In this document: one piece after another, positions 11,307 to 23,348 of the stretch | Layout of the letters: the number at the start of each line of letters is the position of its first letter | Position numbering within the stretch: position 1 is the first letter of the stretch | NCBI GenBank assembly: GCA_963514005.1 | Contig: OY740813.1 | Location: forward strand, 10,168,001 to 10,232,000 | DNA from: Raja brachyura | Taxonomy: Eukaryota | Length of the DNA: 64,000 bases | Direction: 5' to 3' | The notes under the pieces: generated by a model | The model's input: only the letters and a program-made list of their open reading frames with translations | Database searches by the model: none | What the model was told of the DNA's origin: nothing | Made by a program: the position numbers and the translations under genes

Positions 11307-13346
11307 GAACAACCGGAAGCACAAAAGACTTTGGTGGAACCAAACCTGCTTTTGCATTGGATGCTGACGTTCCCTTTTCCTTTGGGAGCCCAAAATCCAC
11401 CCCTGGCTCAACAATTGCATCTGGGTCCTCTACGTCTAGCAGTAGTGTCTGTATGGGTTCAGATCGGGTAATAGACGACCTGTGTTTAACTGGAACGCCC
11501 CTGGAGCCTGCTGCTTCTGGGTTAACAGACCAAACTGAGGTGCAGCAGCCAAAAACTGAGCTCCAGCCTTCCAAATCTGGGTCTCGATCATCCATCTTAG
11601 AGTTTCAGGCACCTAAAGTTCAGCAGCCGGCACCCAAGTCTGAGATGCCACCAACCAAGGCTGAAGCGGAGCAGCAGCCACCACCTAAGCCTGAACCACC
11701 ACTGCAGCAGCAGCCGCTGCCGCCACCCAAGCCAGAGGTACAGCTCCAGCAACCTCAGCCGTACAAGCCCGAGGTGGTGCAGCAGCAAATGCCGTCCAAG
11801 CCCGAGCCGGCACCACTGCAGCAGCCGCCCGCCAAGCCAGAGGTGGCCCTGCCTCATCAGCCGCCATCCAAGCCCGAGGTGGCTCCGCAACCCAAGCCTG
11901 AGGTGGCCCAGCAGCCGCAGCCACCCAAGTCTGAAAGCATGTTCTCTCAGGGTAGCGCTGGTGGGGTCACCATCGGCAGTTTCTCTGGTCTAGTGGTCAA
12001 TCAGACCGACGATGCCACCAAATTGGATAAACCTCTGCAGGGGAGTTACCCCTTTGCACAGGCACCTAAAACGGCAACGACACCTCCGGCTACCGTGCCC
12101 TTTGGGACTGCTTTTCCATTGGCAAAATTAGACTCCACTGAAGAAACAACAGCTGTGCCAGTTGACGCCGGTGCTTCCAAACAATCTGATCCATTGATTT
12201 CCTCCGTTCCTATGATCGGGGCCGAGTCGTCCAGTTTACATGGCAGTTTGCCATCAGCATCTAGTAAGTTAACTTCCACTTCTGCACACGGTAGTGAGGC
12301 GCGGAGCGCCGCTTCTGGACAGAGCGCCGCTTCTGGACAGAGCGCCGCTTCTGGACAGAGCGCAGTTTCTGGACAAAGCGCCACTTCTGTTACTCCAGCA
12401 GGTTCTTCCCAAAGTTCCATCCTAGGATCATTGGGCTCCTTGGCTATCGACACTGAAACTATTGCTGACGCTTCAAAGCAGCCAACTCCCGAAGAGAAGA
12501 AAGAAACCAGCAGTAGCAATCTCACCACTTCTGAGAAATCATTAATGGAACCAAAGAGTGGTTCATTGACACCAGCAGGCACACCAATTAACACGGAAAT
12601 GGCAAGTTCACTGCCAAGTATTGTGACACCACCTGCACATGCGGCTCTTTCCACTGCCACTCCAACTGTAGTCTCTTCAGGTGCACCAGCTGAAGGAAGC
12701 ATTGCACAAAAATCCAGCCAGCTTTTAGCTCTGGCAGACTCTACTGTTTCTCCTCAATCTCCCACTGTGTCGGAGAGCAGTGGTGACTCAGCACAGATCG
12801 AGCCTCCTTCCCATGGCAGCTTGGCAGCGCTATTGGTATCTCCACATATCAGCTCCAGCGCACCCGCATCCTCATTGTCCCAGATTGAACATAAGGATGC
12901 GCCGTTTAAGCATCCAGCTTCATCACCATCTTTATCTATCGTGGTGCATTCACCAAGCAAAAGTGATAGCACGCCCAGTCCTTTCGGAGGAAGCTCGACA
13001 AGCATTATTGGAAAGCCAACCTTTGGCCAAACTGGTAGTATGGAATCAGAACAACCTGCTAGTTCCACTATTGATGGGTTCAGCTTTGGCAGTGAACCAT
13101 TTGGAAGTCAACCACCCTTTGGTGACCCAACTGCTGCAGCACAACCTGGGATAAGTGGCAGTCCCTTTGGTAGTGCTACAAACACCAACTCCTTTACATT
13201 TGGACAGCAGACTAATAGCAGTGGAGCAATGTTTGGGCAATCAAGTACACCTTCATTTGGACTTACCTCTAGTTTTGTTGCAACTACGAGTTTTGGATCC
13301 ACCTCAAGGCCAAGTGCTGCATCAGGCTTCAGCTTTCAGCCTGCGG
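11307..13346 (+). CDS. NUP214: NUP214 large low-complexity (Ser/Pro/Thr-rich, FG-containing) exon
   Basis: Within ORF 11216..13357; ttctgcAG/GTaaga; 2040 nt; contains TIGSFSGLVVNQTDDATK (human TLGSFSGLRVGQADDSTK) and ends in FG repeats ...SGFSFQPA. Confidence 0.95.
11537..11935 (+). repeat. Coding degenerate repeat (Pro/Gln-rich, K-x-E units)
   Basis: Recurrent cagcagccg...ccaagcc(c/t/a)gag units inside the large NUP214 exon. Confidence 0.85.
12305..12389 (+). repeat. Coding 18-bp minisatellite (SAASGQ x about 4.5)
   Basis: gagcgccgcttctggaca repeated three times exactly, then two diverged units. Confidence 0.95.
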
Positions 13347-14309
13347 GTAAGAAATAAATTTGATTTAACATCAATATAATCATTGACGTAGAATTATGAG
13401 AGGCATGGATAGTGCAATCAGTCAGAACCTTTTTTGAGGATGAAAATGTGAAACGCTGGAGGGCATAAATGTAAGTTGGGGGGGGGGGGGAGTTTAAAAG
13501 AGATGTTAATTTGGGGTTATGTGCCTCAACACGTTGTCAGGAAAGGTGATGGGTGCAGATACAATAGTATAGTAATATCAAAGGTACAATTAGAAAGACA
13601 CTGAACTGAGCAGGAAATAGTGGGATACAGATGGAGGTGGATGTGACTAGTTAGATTGGCATCATGGTCAGCGTAGACTTTGCTGGCTGAATTATCTGTT
13701 TCCGTGTTTTATTGTTTGGTGTTTAACACAAGCGGCAATTTCAGTTTTGTTCTTTTTCGGCCAAATGAAATATTGCATTAATGTATCCTATCATTCATCA
13801 CCTCACAAAGATGATTGGAAGTATGGAATTCTTTCTTCCCATGATCTACCCCAAAAAAAAATGTTGCTAGAGCTACAGGTCAATTTTCCAAACAGGTTGC
13901 CAGATTTTAAACTGATGTGGAAGCAAGATTGAGAAATTAAGTTCAAATGCAGATCATCAACGATTGAACCGTGACCAACCTTGAGGCAGCATGACTGTCT
14001 TGTTTCTATATCATTAGCTTGTCCACACCAATTTATTATTTCCTGCAAGGAAAGAGCCTCTTGACTAATTTATACACTGCATGGCCACAAAGGAAAGTCA
14101 CTTTTCATTTTATAATCATGCTATGAAAGTGTTGTTGATAAAGGAAGAAACGGGGTGTTGTCACCTCTGCCGCCTGCTTTCTATGTGGCAAAGATTCTCT
14201 GCTTAAAGGTTGATATCAAATTATTAGTGTGTAAATGTAAATACAGTATATCCATGGTGCAGTAATAACAGAGGAAGCAAAGTTCGGGTGAGCCAAGTGC
14301 AAGTCAAGT

Positions 14310-14955
14310 TTTCAGTTTTGGTCACCCTGCTGTGGGAAAAATGACATTAATCTGTGAAGATTGCAGAGAAAAAGTACGAGGATGATGCCAGGATTGAAGG
14401 GACTGAGTTGTGCGGACTCAGACTAGGACTTTATTCCTTGGTACACAGGAGGCTGAAGGGTGATCTCATAGAGATGTATAAAATCATGAGGGGATTAGAT
14501 AGGGTGAATTCCCCAGGGTAGGTGAATTAAAAGCAAGCGACCATATGCTTAGGGTGATCGGTACAATATTTAATGGCAACCCGAGAGGCAACTTTTTCAC
14601 TCAGAACGGTAGGTATGTGGAATGAGTTGCCAGAAGAGATAGTTGAGGCAGACACTTTAATTTAAAAGTATTTAAATTGCACTAGTATTTAAAAGACACT
14701 TGGACAGGTACATGTGTAGGAAAGAACTGCAGATGCTGGTTTAAATCGAAGGTAGATGTAAAATGCTGGAGTAACTCGGGTCAGGCAGCATCTCTGGAGA
14801 GGAGAGGATGACGTTTTGGGTCAAGACCCTTCTTCAGACGGATACATGGTTAGGAAAGGTTTAGAAGTATATGGGCCAAAAGTGGGCATATTAACTTAGA
14901 TGGGGCATCTTGATCGGCATGAACAAGTTGGGCCTAAGGGCCTGTTTCCATGCTA
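14310..14955 (+). mobile_element. CR1 LINE 3' fragment (degenerate)
   Basis: ggctgaagggtgatctcatagagatgtataaaatcatgagg (RLRGDLIEVYKIM-type motif) and CR1 3' UTR. Confidence 0.75.
14713..14839 (-). mobile_element. Short Penelope-derived insertion nested in a CR1 3' end
   Basis: Same ~130-bp unit (gtgtaggaaagaactgcagatgctgg...cccttcttcagac) as 34510-34644; GAAA box mutated. Confidence 0.75.
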
Positions 14956-15469
14956 CGTGAATCCAACTCCAAGAGTGTCTTTATCCTGTCAAGTATTGAG
15001 TCAGCCTTGTGGAAAGGATTTGATCACATGCCTGAAAGACTTGTCAATGAAGCTTCAACAATTTAGATTTGAGCCAGCCATTAATCTCCTCTTGCAGACA
15101 CAATGTTCATTTGGTCAAGGTAATTTGCGCTCAAGAATGACATGACAGCCATCCCTGTGCTGATGGTTTTACATTTTTATTAAAATCATAAAGTTGTACA
15201 GCACAGAAACTCATAAAATCATAAAGTTACACGGCTGTCTAGCTCAGATAGTCAGTTCCATTTGCCTGCATTTGTCTATTGTAAATTTACCCACCACTTC
15301 CTCAGGCAGCTTGTTCCATATACCCACCACCCTCTGAAAAATCTTGCCCCTTGTCCCCTTTAAGTCTTTATCTTTTCGCCTTACACCTGTGCCCTCTGGT
15401 GTCTAGTTTTAGACTCTCCTACACTGGGGAAAAGGACTGACTATTCACCTGATCTATACCGGATCTATA

Positions 15470-16440
15470 TCAATATTGGAGGTGCAAAGGGACTTGGAAT
15501 TGCTGGCGCAGTACTTTCAAATGGCTAATTTGCAGTTAAGTTGTTGGTAAGGAAGGCAAATGCAATGGTAGCTTTCATTTCGAGGGAACTAGAATATAAA
15601 AGCAAGGGTGTTATGCTGAGCCTTTATAAGATACTGGTGAGGCCACATTTGGAAATTTGTGAGCAGTTTTAGGCCACGTATGATGTAGGATGTGCTGGAG
15701 AGGGTCCAGATGCGGTTTATGAAATGTATCCTGTGGATGACTGGGTTAACGTATGAGGAACCTTTGATGGCTCTGAGCCTGTACTCAGGGAAAGGGGGGG
15801 GGGTCCTCATTGAAACCTACCGGATAATGAAAGGCCCAGATAGAGTAGACGTGGAATAGGTCAATGGTCATTTTAAAAGGGTATTGTGTATAAAAACAGA
15901 TAGGTGAATTTAGAACAGCATTATAGCATTTGTTAGAACTGTATCAGGGTATTACACGGGTGCCGCATCACTGGAAAGATGACATAGCACTGGAGAGAGT
16001 GCAAAGGAGATTTATGAAGATCAAAAAACTGCAGGTGTTTGCAAACTAAAATTGTTCATGTTACAAGTCTGAGACACCTATCCAATCTGTACAGATACAA
16101 TGAAGGGTCGCCGATCTGAAACATTAACTTTTTCTCTTTTCCTGACTGTTTCCAGCATTATTTTAATTTTAATGAAATTTGTGAGGATGTTGCCAGGACT
16201 GGAAACGTTTTAGCTTTAAGACAAGATTGTATGCACTGAAGTTGTTTTCTTTGCAAACAGAGGAGGCTGAAGGGAGACTTGACTGAGGAGCAGAAAATGT
16301 TGCAATGCCTACTTCTCCTTAGGTAGAAATTAAAACCTGGCAGTATAGATTTTGTTTTAAACTTGGTGGCATAGATTTAAAGTATTTGTGGAGGGAAGCT
16401 GCATATTTTTACCCTTAGGATGGTAGGGGCAGAAACCTTC
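15470..16440 (+). mobile_element. Cluster of degenerate CR1 fragments
   Basis: ctttataagatactggtgaggccacatttgga (LYK.LVRPHLE) and gaggctgaagggagacttga motifs. Confidence 0.65.
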
Positions 16441-17299
16441 ATAAGATACGAGTCTTACTGGGAGGTGTACATCCAGGGCCATATCCGACAGTAGCAGAAC
16501 ATTTGGAAGATGATATTAGATGAGATGGGTAACTTACGTACCATGATGTGTTGAATGGCACATTGTATGAATCTGACTTTGCATTGGAAGACAGGTCAGT
16601 GGTTACACAGCTTAAAGTTTGTTGAGTCATGGACACTGATCAGAGGAGCTTCTGGAGTAGTATCCTCAGGCCAACAACCGCAATTGTTTGTCTTTGTACT
16701 GGGTCTAATGTCCGAGACTTTCTCATTAATTGACCCAATTGGACTGGACACACCTAGACAAATCTCTAAAATTGATGCTTATATTTTTGTTCTTAAACAA
16801 ATTGAATAAATTAAATTGGCTGAAGACTTCAATTCAATGATGACAAGGAGTTAGGAGAAGCCCAAGATATATCATATCTTTGCTTTTGTGGCTGATGGTT
16901 GCAAAAGCATTGTTTGTTTGTTTTTGGCATCAATGTGCAGTCGCTCCCATAGTTCGGTTGGCAGTGTTCATCAATGTTAAACATTTTATTGTAGTGTTTA
17001 ATTACCCCAATTAAGGAAACAATTGAATGTAAAGTAGTAATGTTTCATGAGTTGAACAAAATGGTGGAAGTGCACCAGTGGTGGTGCGAGAAATAGTTAC
17101 TATTTTCAGGTCAGTGTTTTGTCATTGGATAGCGTCTAAATAACCTTGAATTGCAATCTCCTGAGCTACAGCGCAATTCATTATGGAATTTGCTCCCCTG
17201 CAACAGCGATCATAGCATTCATCCTACGGTGCAGTATTCTTGGTGTCAAATCCATAATAGCCATTCTGCACTGTGTAATGCTGCATGTTGCAGTTGTAT

Positions 17300-17868
17300 A
17301 AGACGTTGGTGGGACTGCATTGAGAGTATTGTGTTCAGTTCTGGGCACCTTGTTATAGGAAAGATATTGTCCAGCTCGAAAGGGTTCGGAGAAGATTTAT
17401 GAGGATGTTGCAAGGGCTAGAGAATCTGAGCTATCGGGAGAGGTTGAGTAGGCTGGGTCTCTATTCCATGGAGCGCAGGAGGATGAGGAGTGATCTTGTA
17501 GAGGTGTATAAAATCATTAGAGGAATAAATCGGGTAGATGCACAGAATATCTTGCCCAGAGTAGGGGAATCGAGGACCAGAGGACATGGGTTCTGGCTGA
17601 AGGGTAAAAGATTTAATAGGAATCTGAGGGGTAACTTTTTCACACAAAGGGTGGTGGGTGTATGAAACAAGCTGCCAGAGGAAGTAGCTGGGACTATCCC
17701 AGCGTTTAAGAATCAGTTAGACAGGTACATGGGTAGGCTAAGTTTAGAGGGATATGGACCAAGCGCAGGCAGGTGGGACTTGTGTAGCTGGGACATGTTG
17801 GTCAGTGTTGGTAAGTTGGGCCGAAAGGCCTGTTTCCACACTGCATCACTCCATCAATCTATGACTAT
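17300..17868 (+). mobile_element. CR1 LINE 3' fragment
   Basis: ORF 17399..17665 LSYRERLSRLGLYSMERRRMRSDLVEVYKI...RTRGH...RGNFFTQRVV. Confidence 0.9.
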
Positions 17869-19444
17869 TAATTCCTCAACCTATAACTTTCAAGACCTTG
17901 TTATAGATGTATAGTTTTGTGCATCGTTGTATCGTTCAACAAGAAGAGCAGATTGAACCTGTGATCCATTGATTTTGAATGAGCAGCTGTGCTGCCCCAA
18001 ATGTGATGGTTGCCATGGACTTGAAGACGAAGGCCTCTAGTGTCTGAAAAATTAAAACTGATAGACTGGGTTTAAATTAATGAAGCTAGAATCTCAGAAT
18101 ATACAGCCTAGGGCCTCAACGCCACACACTCCACTTCACTCATCAGCACTTTTGTTTTAATGTTTAATTCTGCCTGTCCACTATGATATCCCTTATTGAA
18201 GCTAACCGTGCATGAAGTGGATTTAATGAACAAGTTCAAATTGAGAATGGTTTTGGCTGGATAGGAGAAACTGTATTTAATTGTAAATTTATAGTTTAAT
18301 AATTGTATTTAATTGTATTAAATGATTGTATATAATAATTGTATTTAATATAATTAAATATTAAATTGTATTACCAAAGATTGGTATTCTTTTGACAATC
18401 AAGGTTGATTGGCAAAATGAATCAGACGTGATGTGATGTAAAGCATATTTTCACACTCTGCTGTTTTGATATAAAATTAATCAACAGAAATATTGACAGA
18501 CTGAAATCGTGTAGTAATTTTCAAGACCTAGTTATACATGTATATGAAATGAATTAGGGGAGTTAGACCAATGGGATAGTTCTTGTAAGAGAACAGATGT
18601 AAAAATAAAGTCTGCACTGTGCTCTGATTGTGGAAAATGGTGCATCAGATGTATCTGACCTGTGATTGATATAATTTTAAGTGGTTTTATTCTTATTTCT
18701 CACATTGGCCTAATCCATACTGTTATACTAACTTTTTCAGTAAGCACAATTGGAAAACATCTATGTTAAGAACATAGGACAATAGGAGGAGGAGGAGGAG
18801 GAGGTAAAAAGTGTGAAGCAAGGGGCTGGAAAAGTGACCGGGCAACCCATGTAGGACAGAAACAGAGACACTTTCCTGTATCCCACAAATCTCCTTTGAT
18901 CTGGAGAATGATGTGGAGTTGAAGGAGATGTTATTTACTGTGAAGATAATAAGCGAGTTCGGTGTTTCAACTGCACAGCCAAGTCATAGGTGACTGGAGA
19001 TGAACACTCTCCGCAGCTGTGCTGCTGCGTGTATACAGACCTGCGTTTCATCCGTAGTCAGGATCGAACCCGGGTCTCCGGCGCTGCAAGTGCAATTCTA
19101 TTGAATTGCTACTGGGGTTAGTGACACTAGTTCTCCCTTCTTCACTGGTCCATGCAGAAATCTCAGCAGTGACAATGTAATGTGCACAAACTGCACATGA
19201 CAAAAACATGCGTGACGGCCAATTTAGCGGCATTGATATCGGAGTTTGGGCGGAGCTGATGACATGTCATATAGTGGAGATTATTCACAGGAAGAGAAAG
19301 GCCTTGGGGTACAAACCAGAACCAAGACATTATAAAGCATCAAACGCCCTGTAATACAGATGATGATGTTACTGTGAAATGCGCCAATTGGTGGTGGTTT
19401 ATTTTGTGAGCTTATGTGGATGTAGTGGGGAAAGTCTGGCCAAT

Positions 19445-19680
19445 TCTAAGCCCCGGGTTCGACCCTGACTTGGGTCACTGTCTGTGTGGAGTTTGCATTT
19501 TCTCCCTGTGCAATATAACGTTCGTTTCCTCCACGTTCCAAAGATGTGCGGGGTCGTAGGTTAATTGGCCTCTGAAAATTGCCCCAAGTGTGTAGCGAGT
19601 GAATGAGAAATGAGATAATGTAGAACAAGTGCTATTGGTGGGCCGAAGGGACCGTTTCCGTGCTGTGTCCCTAAACAAAA
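19445..19680 (+). mobile_element. V-SINE (5'-truncated)
   Basis: cccgggttcgacc B box, aaagatgtgcgggg..taggttaattggc core, gggccgaagggaccgtttccgtgctgt tail. Confidence 0.75.
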
Positions 19681-21339
19681 TGAATCTAACTGGTTAAAGG
19701 CAAGTCATTGGAGGATGCAGGGAGGGTGGACACGGGAACAGGTGGGGTTGAAGGGAGGAAGGAAAGGTTTCTGGGACCAAAAAAACTAGGGGGCTTAGGT
19801 GAGAGGGGAACGATTTAATAAGAACCTGAGGGGGGGGGGGGGGGGGGGGAGAGGGAAGGGAAAGAAAAGGGGAGAGAGAGTTTATATCGTCAACGCTTTG
19901 TTCTCCTTTCCTTTATCTTGAATGACCTTTCACGAATCCCATGATTCTTTGCGTTTTTCGGAATACCGAACTCTCTTATTTCGGCAGATGAATTAGTGTG
20001 TTGGAGGGAAATTTGTGAGGTCAGTCAAAAAAGTGGAAATCTCTCACACCCTCCTGATGTGGAATAGTGGCGTAAGGGATTGTGCATCCCATTGTGAAAA
20101 TGACTAGCTGGATGTGGTTAGATTGCAGAACTTTGATCTGAAATGATGATGGTAAATGGCATAACTACATCCACCTTCACTGCTTAGAAGTGTTCAAACT
20201 TAATTACGTTTCTTTAGTATGACTAATAATGTTCCTCGTGCCATTCTACACTGCTTGACGAATTGGGAATATGATCTGCCCCCAGGAATTTTCGGAGTCA
20301 TGAAATTATACACTGGTGAAATACAATTTTGTGCCAAGTGCCTACGTTTGAACAGCTTTTTCTGCATCTTCATTAATTGACACGATGAAAGTGGCTTCAT
20401 TTAGTTGATGGATTGTAAGGAAGAAGACAATTGTCTTTTCTAATGTCTTCTCCACCCACCTTTTGTCACAGATTAAGCCTAGTAGCTACATCCTTCAGGA
20501 CTAGGCAGCTTGGTCAATAATGCCCCCGCAAAGCCACTGTTCCTGACATTTTCCCCATTTGGTGCATTCTGTGCCCTGCCACTCTCTGCTGCTTCTAAAT
20601 GGTGCACAGTGTGTCCTGAGGGAGGGCACGAGGTAGCACTAAGTAATCTGTCCTAGTTAACTGTGTCAAATGAACTTGCACAATCGTACAGGACCTGGGG
20701 CTTTGTGACATGAGCACAGGAGCCATATGCAGCAGTACCTATCTGGGACATCATTATACCCTTCGCCAATGCACAAGGTTTCCTCAGAATGTGTCGACCA
20801 AAACTGCACTGCGATAAGGCATGGAGGGTGAATATGATTCGGAAGATGAGGGACCTTCCAGGCAGTTTATTAAGTTTGTTGCAGAACCTATTTGGCAAAA
20901 ATTGCATCAGTAAGTTTTTATTTGTTTTAATTCCTTATTCTTTTCCATTTCAAGCATGCATTACATTATTCTCACAGTCTCCAATTTTGCATGGGAACTT
21001 TGGTCATTTTCCTGTTTTAAAGCATTAAATTCCTGATCTGCAAAAGGCTCATTCCACCTTGTGCTTTCTTCTTTCTTTGAATTTTAACTGAGTTACTTTG
21101 ACCATTTTATGATCTTCGTGCCACAATTTTTGTTTGGCTTTATTACCCCACCTGTCAGAATGTTAAAAGACCTGCTCAATTCCAATACAGCTTTTTGGTG
21201 TTATTGTTTAGTAGCATAGGCGACTCATACATTGAGCACAGCAAAGTGCCACAAATAGCCAAAGAGTTCCAGCTGAGCAACCTGTTTTCGTAATGCTAAT
21301 CGGAAATTAATTCTGGCAGAACACCTGGGAGGCCTCTAA

Positions 21340-22245
21340 TTTAGAGTCTAACAGCACAGAAACATGCCCCTCGGCCCAGCTTGCCCTTGTTCCCTATCAA
21401 CATTCGTCCCATCTGCCCATGTTGGCTCATCTCCCTCTAAACCAGCGTTTCTCAACCTTTTGACCCTTGCAGGAGGTCAAAACACAATTATATTTACTGA
21501 GGAATGAATATCGATGTATTGGTGACACATCATATTACAGTGACAGATAACAAATCGTTTTTGTCTCGGAGGAATTAAGTGATAAACGACTCCAATAGTT
21601 CTGCAGTGCACATTAAACCCAAGAGCTTTTTAAAAATGTAAAATTCCAAGGCTGTGTTACTGCAATCTCTTTTGTGTATTATATGTGGAATGGATGAACG
21701 CCTTGCTACAGTTTATCATTACCAAAAAATGACATAAACCGTGTTAACATCACAAGATTTTGAAATGGCTCAAAAATGCATTTACACATGATGAGCCTAT
21801 TTATCACTATTTCTCTCGGAACTCCTAGCGACCTTTCGTGGAACCTTTGTGTTCCAGGGAGCCCAGGTTGAGAAACGCTGCTCTAAACCTTTCCTGTCCA
21901 TGTACCTATCCAAATGTCTTTTAAATGTCACTGTAGTTTCTACTTCAACTACCTCATCCGGCAGCTCACTCCATGTACTCACGACCCTCTGTTTAAAAAA
22001 AAATATATATTTTTTTTAAATCCCCCCCCTGACTCCTATTAAATATGTACCCTCGTACCTTAAACCTATGTCCTCTGGTTCTTGATTTTCCCTACTCTGC
22101 ATCTACCATATCTATTCCCCTCATAATCTTATACACCACTATAAGATCACCCGTCATCCACTTGCGCTCCAAGGAGTAGAGTCATTACAATCTCTCTCTT
22201 ATCGGTCAGGCCCTTAAGGCTAGGCGACATTGTTGAAAATCTTCT
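21340..22245 (-). mobile_element. CR1 3' fragment split by the hAT MITE
   Basis: ORF 21797..21982 WSELPDEVVE...FKRHLDRYMDRKG; the sequence resumes across the TSD. Confidence 0.8.
21443..21880. mobile_element. hAT (Charlie-type) MITE inserted in a CR1 3' end
   Basis: TIR CAGCGTTTCTCAACCT at both ends; perfect 8-bp TSD ctctaaac (21435-21442, 21881-21888) fitting the NTCTARAN preference. Confidence 0.92.
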
Positions 22246-22302
22246 TCTTGAGAGAGAGTAGATTGCCTTGGTTCAACTCTTCAGAAAGACGAGGCAAAAT
22301 TG

Positions 22303-22914
22303 TCACTGTACTGGATTTTATCCTAAATTGCATGTTTTTGAAGTAGTATTTAAACTTGTTTGGCTCAATTTCGTCAATTCAGCAGTGAAAAAACTGTTAA
22401 ATCTGCTGGAAGGCACATTGTAGCACAAAATATTTTAATGTATTTCTAGGTTGGTTCAGTTCACACGCATCAATGTCCAAAAGCACAAGCCATAGCGGAT
22501 ATTCTTTCAGTTTGTTCACTGTTACGTTTGGATTTATGTTAATTAAAGAAGAATCCGAAGTAAAATGCGAATTTAATTTAATTTAAATGCACAGGTCCTA
22601 TGTCATCTTTACTATAGGTGGATGCATCCAATTGTAAACATTATTCTAGGAAGGATATCTGGGCCATGAAGAGATTATTTATGAGAATGGCACCAGGAAT
22701 TTGAACAATTTAATGTATGTGGCAATGCCTTAGAAGCTGATGTTGGAGAAACGTTAAGGGACGATTTAATAGAAGTGTTGAACATATCTTCTTGAGTGAA
22801 TAGGCAAAACCTTTCAGCAACTGTTTTTTCACTGCTGAATTGGCAAAATTGTGTCAAACAAGTTCAAACACTACTTCAAAAACATGCAATTTAGGATAAA
22901 ATCCAGTACAGTGA
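22303..22914. repeat. About 95-bp imperfect inverted repeat pair (22303-22398 / 22818-22914); possible old MITE or foldback
   Basis: tcactgtactggattttatcctaaattgcatgtttttgaagtagt... is the reverse complement of ...actacttcaaaaacatgcaatttaggataaaatccagtacagtga. Confidence 0.85.
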
Positions 22915-23286
22915 GGAGTACAGACAATAATTTAAAATAATTGTTGAAGATTGATAATGATTATTCTTAATGTTATAGAATGCAATGTCTGAAATGGTAA
23001 TCGATTGTATGCTGCAAAGGGAAGTGGAATAATTACCATTAGGAGAAGATTTTCCAGACTGGGAGGGGGGGAGAGAGAGAAGGGGGATATTAAGGAAGTG
23101 GATTTTTTTTCTCAGAGACCTGCTGTGGTTGTCTTCTGCCCAAATGCCATTAAAAAAGAATGACATAGTAAATAACCCAAATTACTAAGCAAGTTTTAGC
23201 CTGTGTTTCAACCATTTGTAATTAAGTTTATATTGCCTTTGTGAATTGAATTTCCTCTCTGAAATACCATTTCTTGTCACTCTTAG

Positions 23287-23348
23287 GTTTTGGTAGTTCT
23301 CCGATTGTGTTTGGTCAGCCTGCAAGCACCAGCGCCATATTTGGTCAG
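23287..23348 (+). CDS. NUP214: NUP214 FG-repeat exon
   Basis: tcttAG/GTaaag; GFGSSPIVFGQPASTSAIFGQ; 62 nt, phase 1->0. Confidence 0.92.

Noticed and set aside
12305-12389. Short direct-repeat array as CRISPR
   Set aside because: No spacers; it is an in-frame coding minisatellite in a vertebrate gene.
11269-13302. Several antisense ORFs over the large exon
   Set aside because: They are shadows of low-complexity coding sequence on the opposite strand.
19829-19849. Poly-G runs (also about 13477-13490, 63163-63179 and poly-C 8028-8042)
   Set aside because: Simple homopolymers of unreliable length with no further structure.
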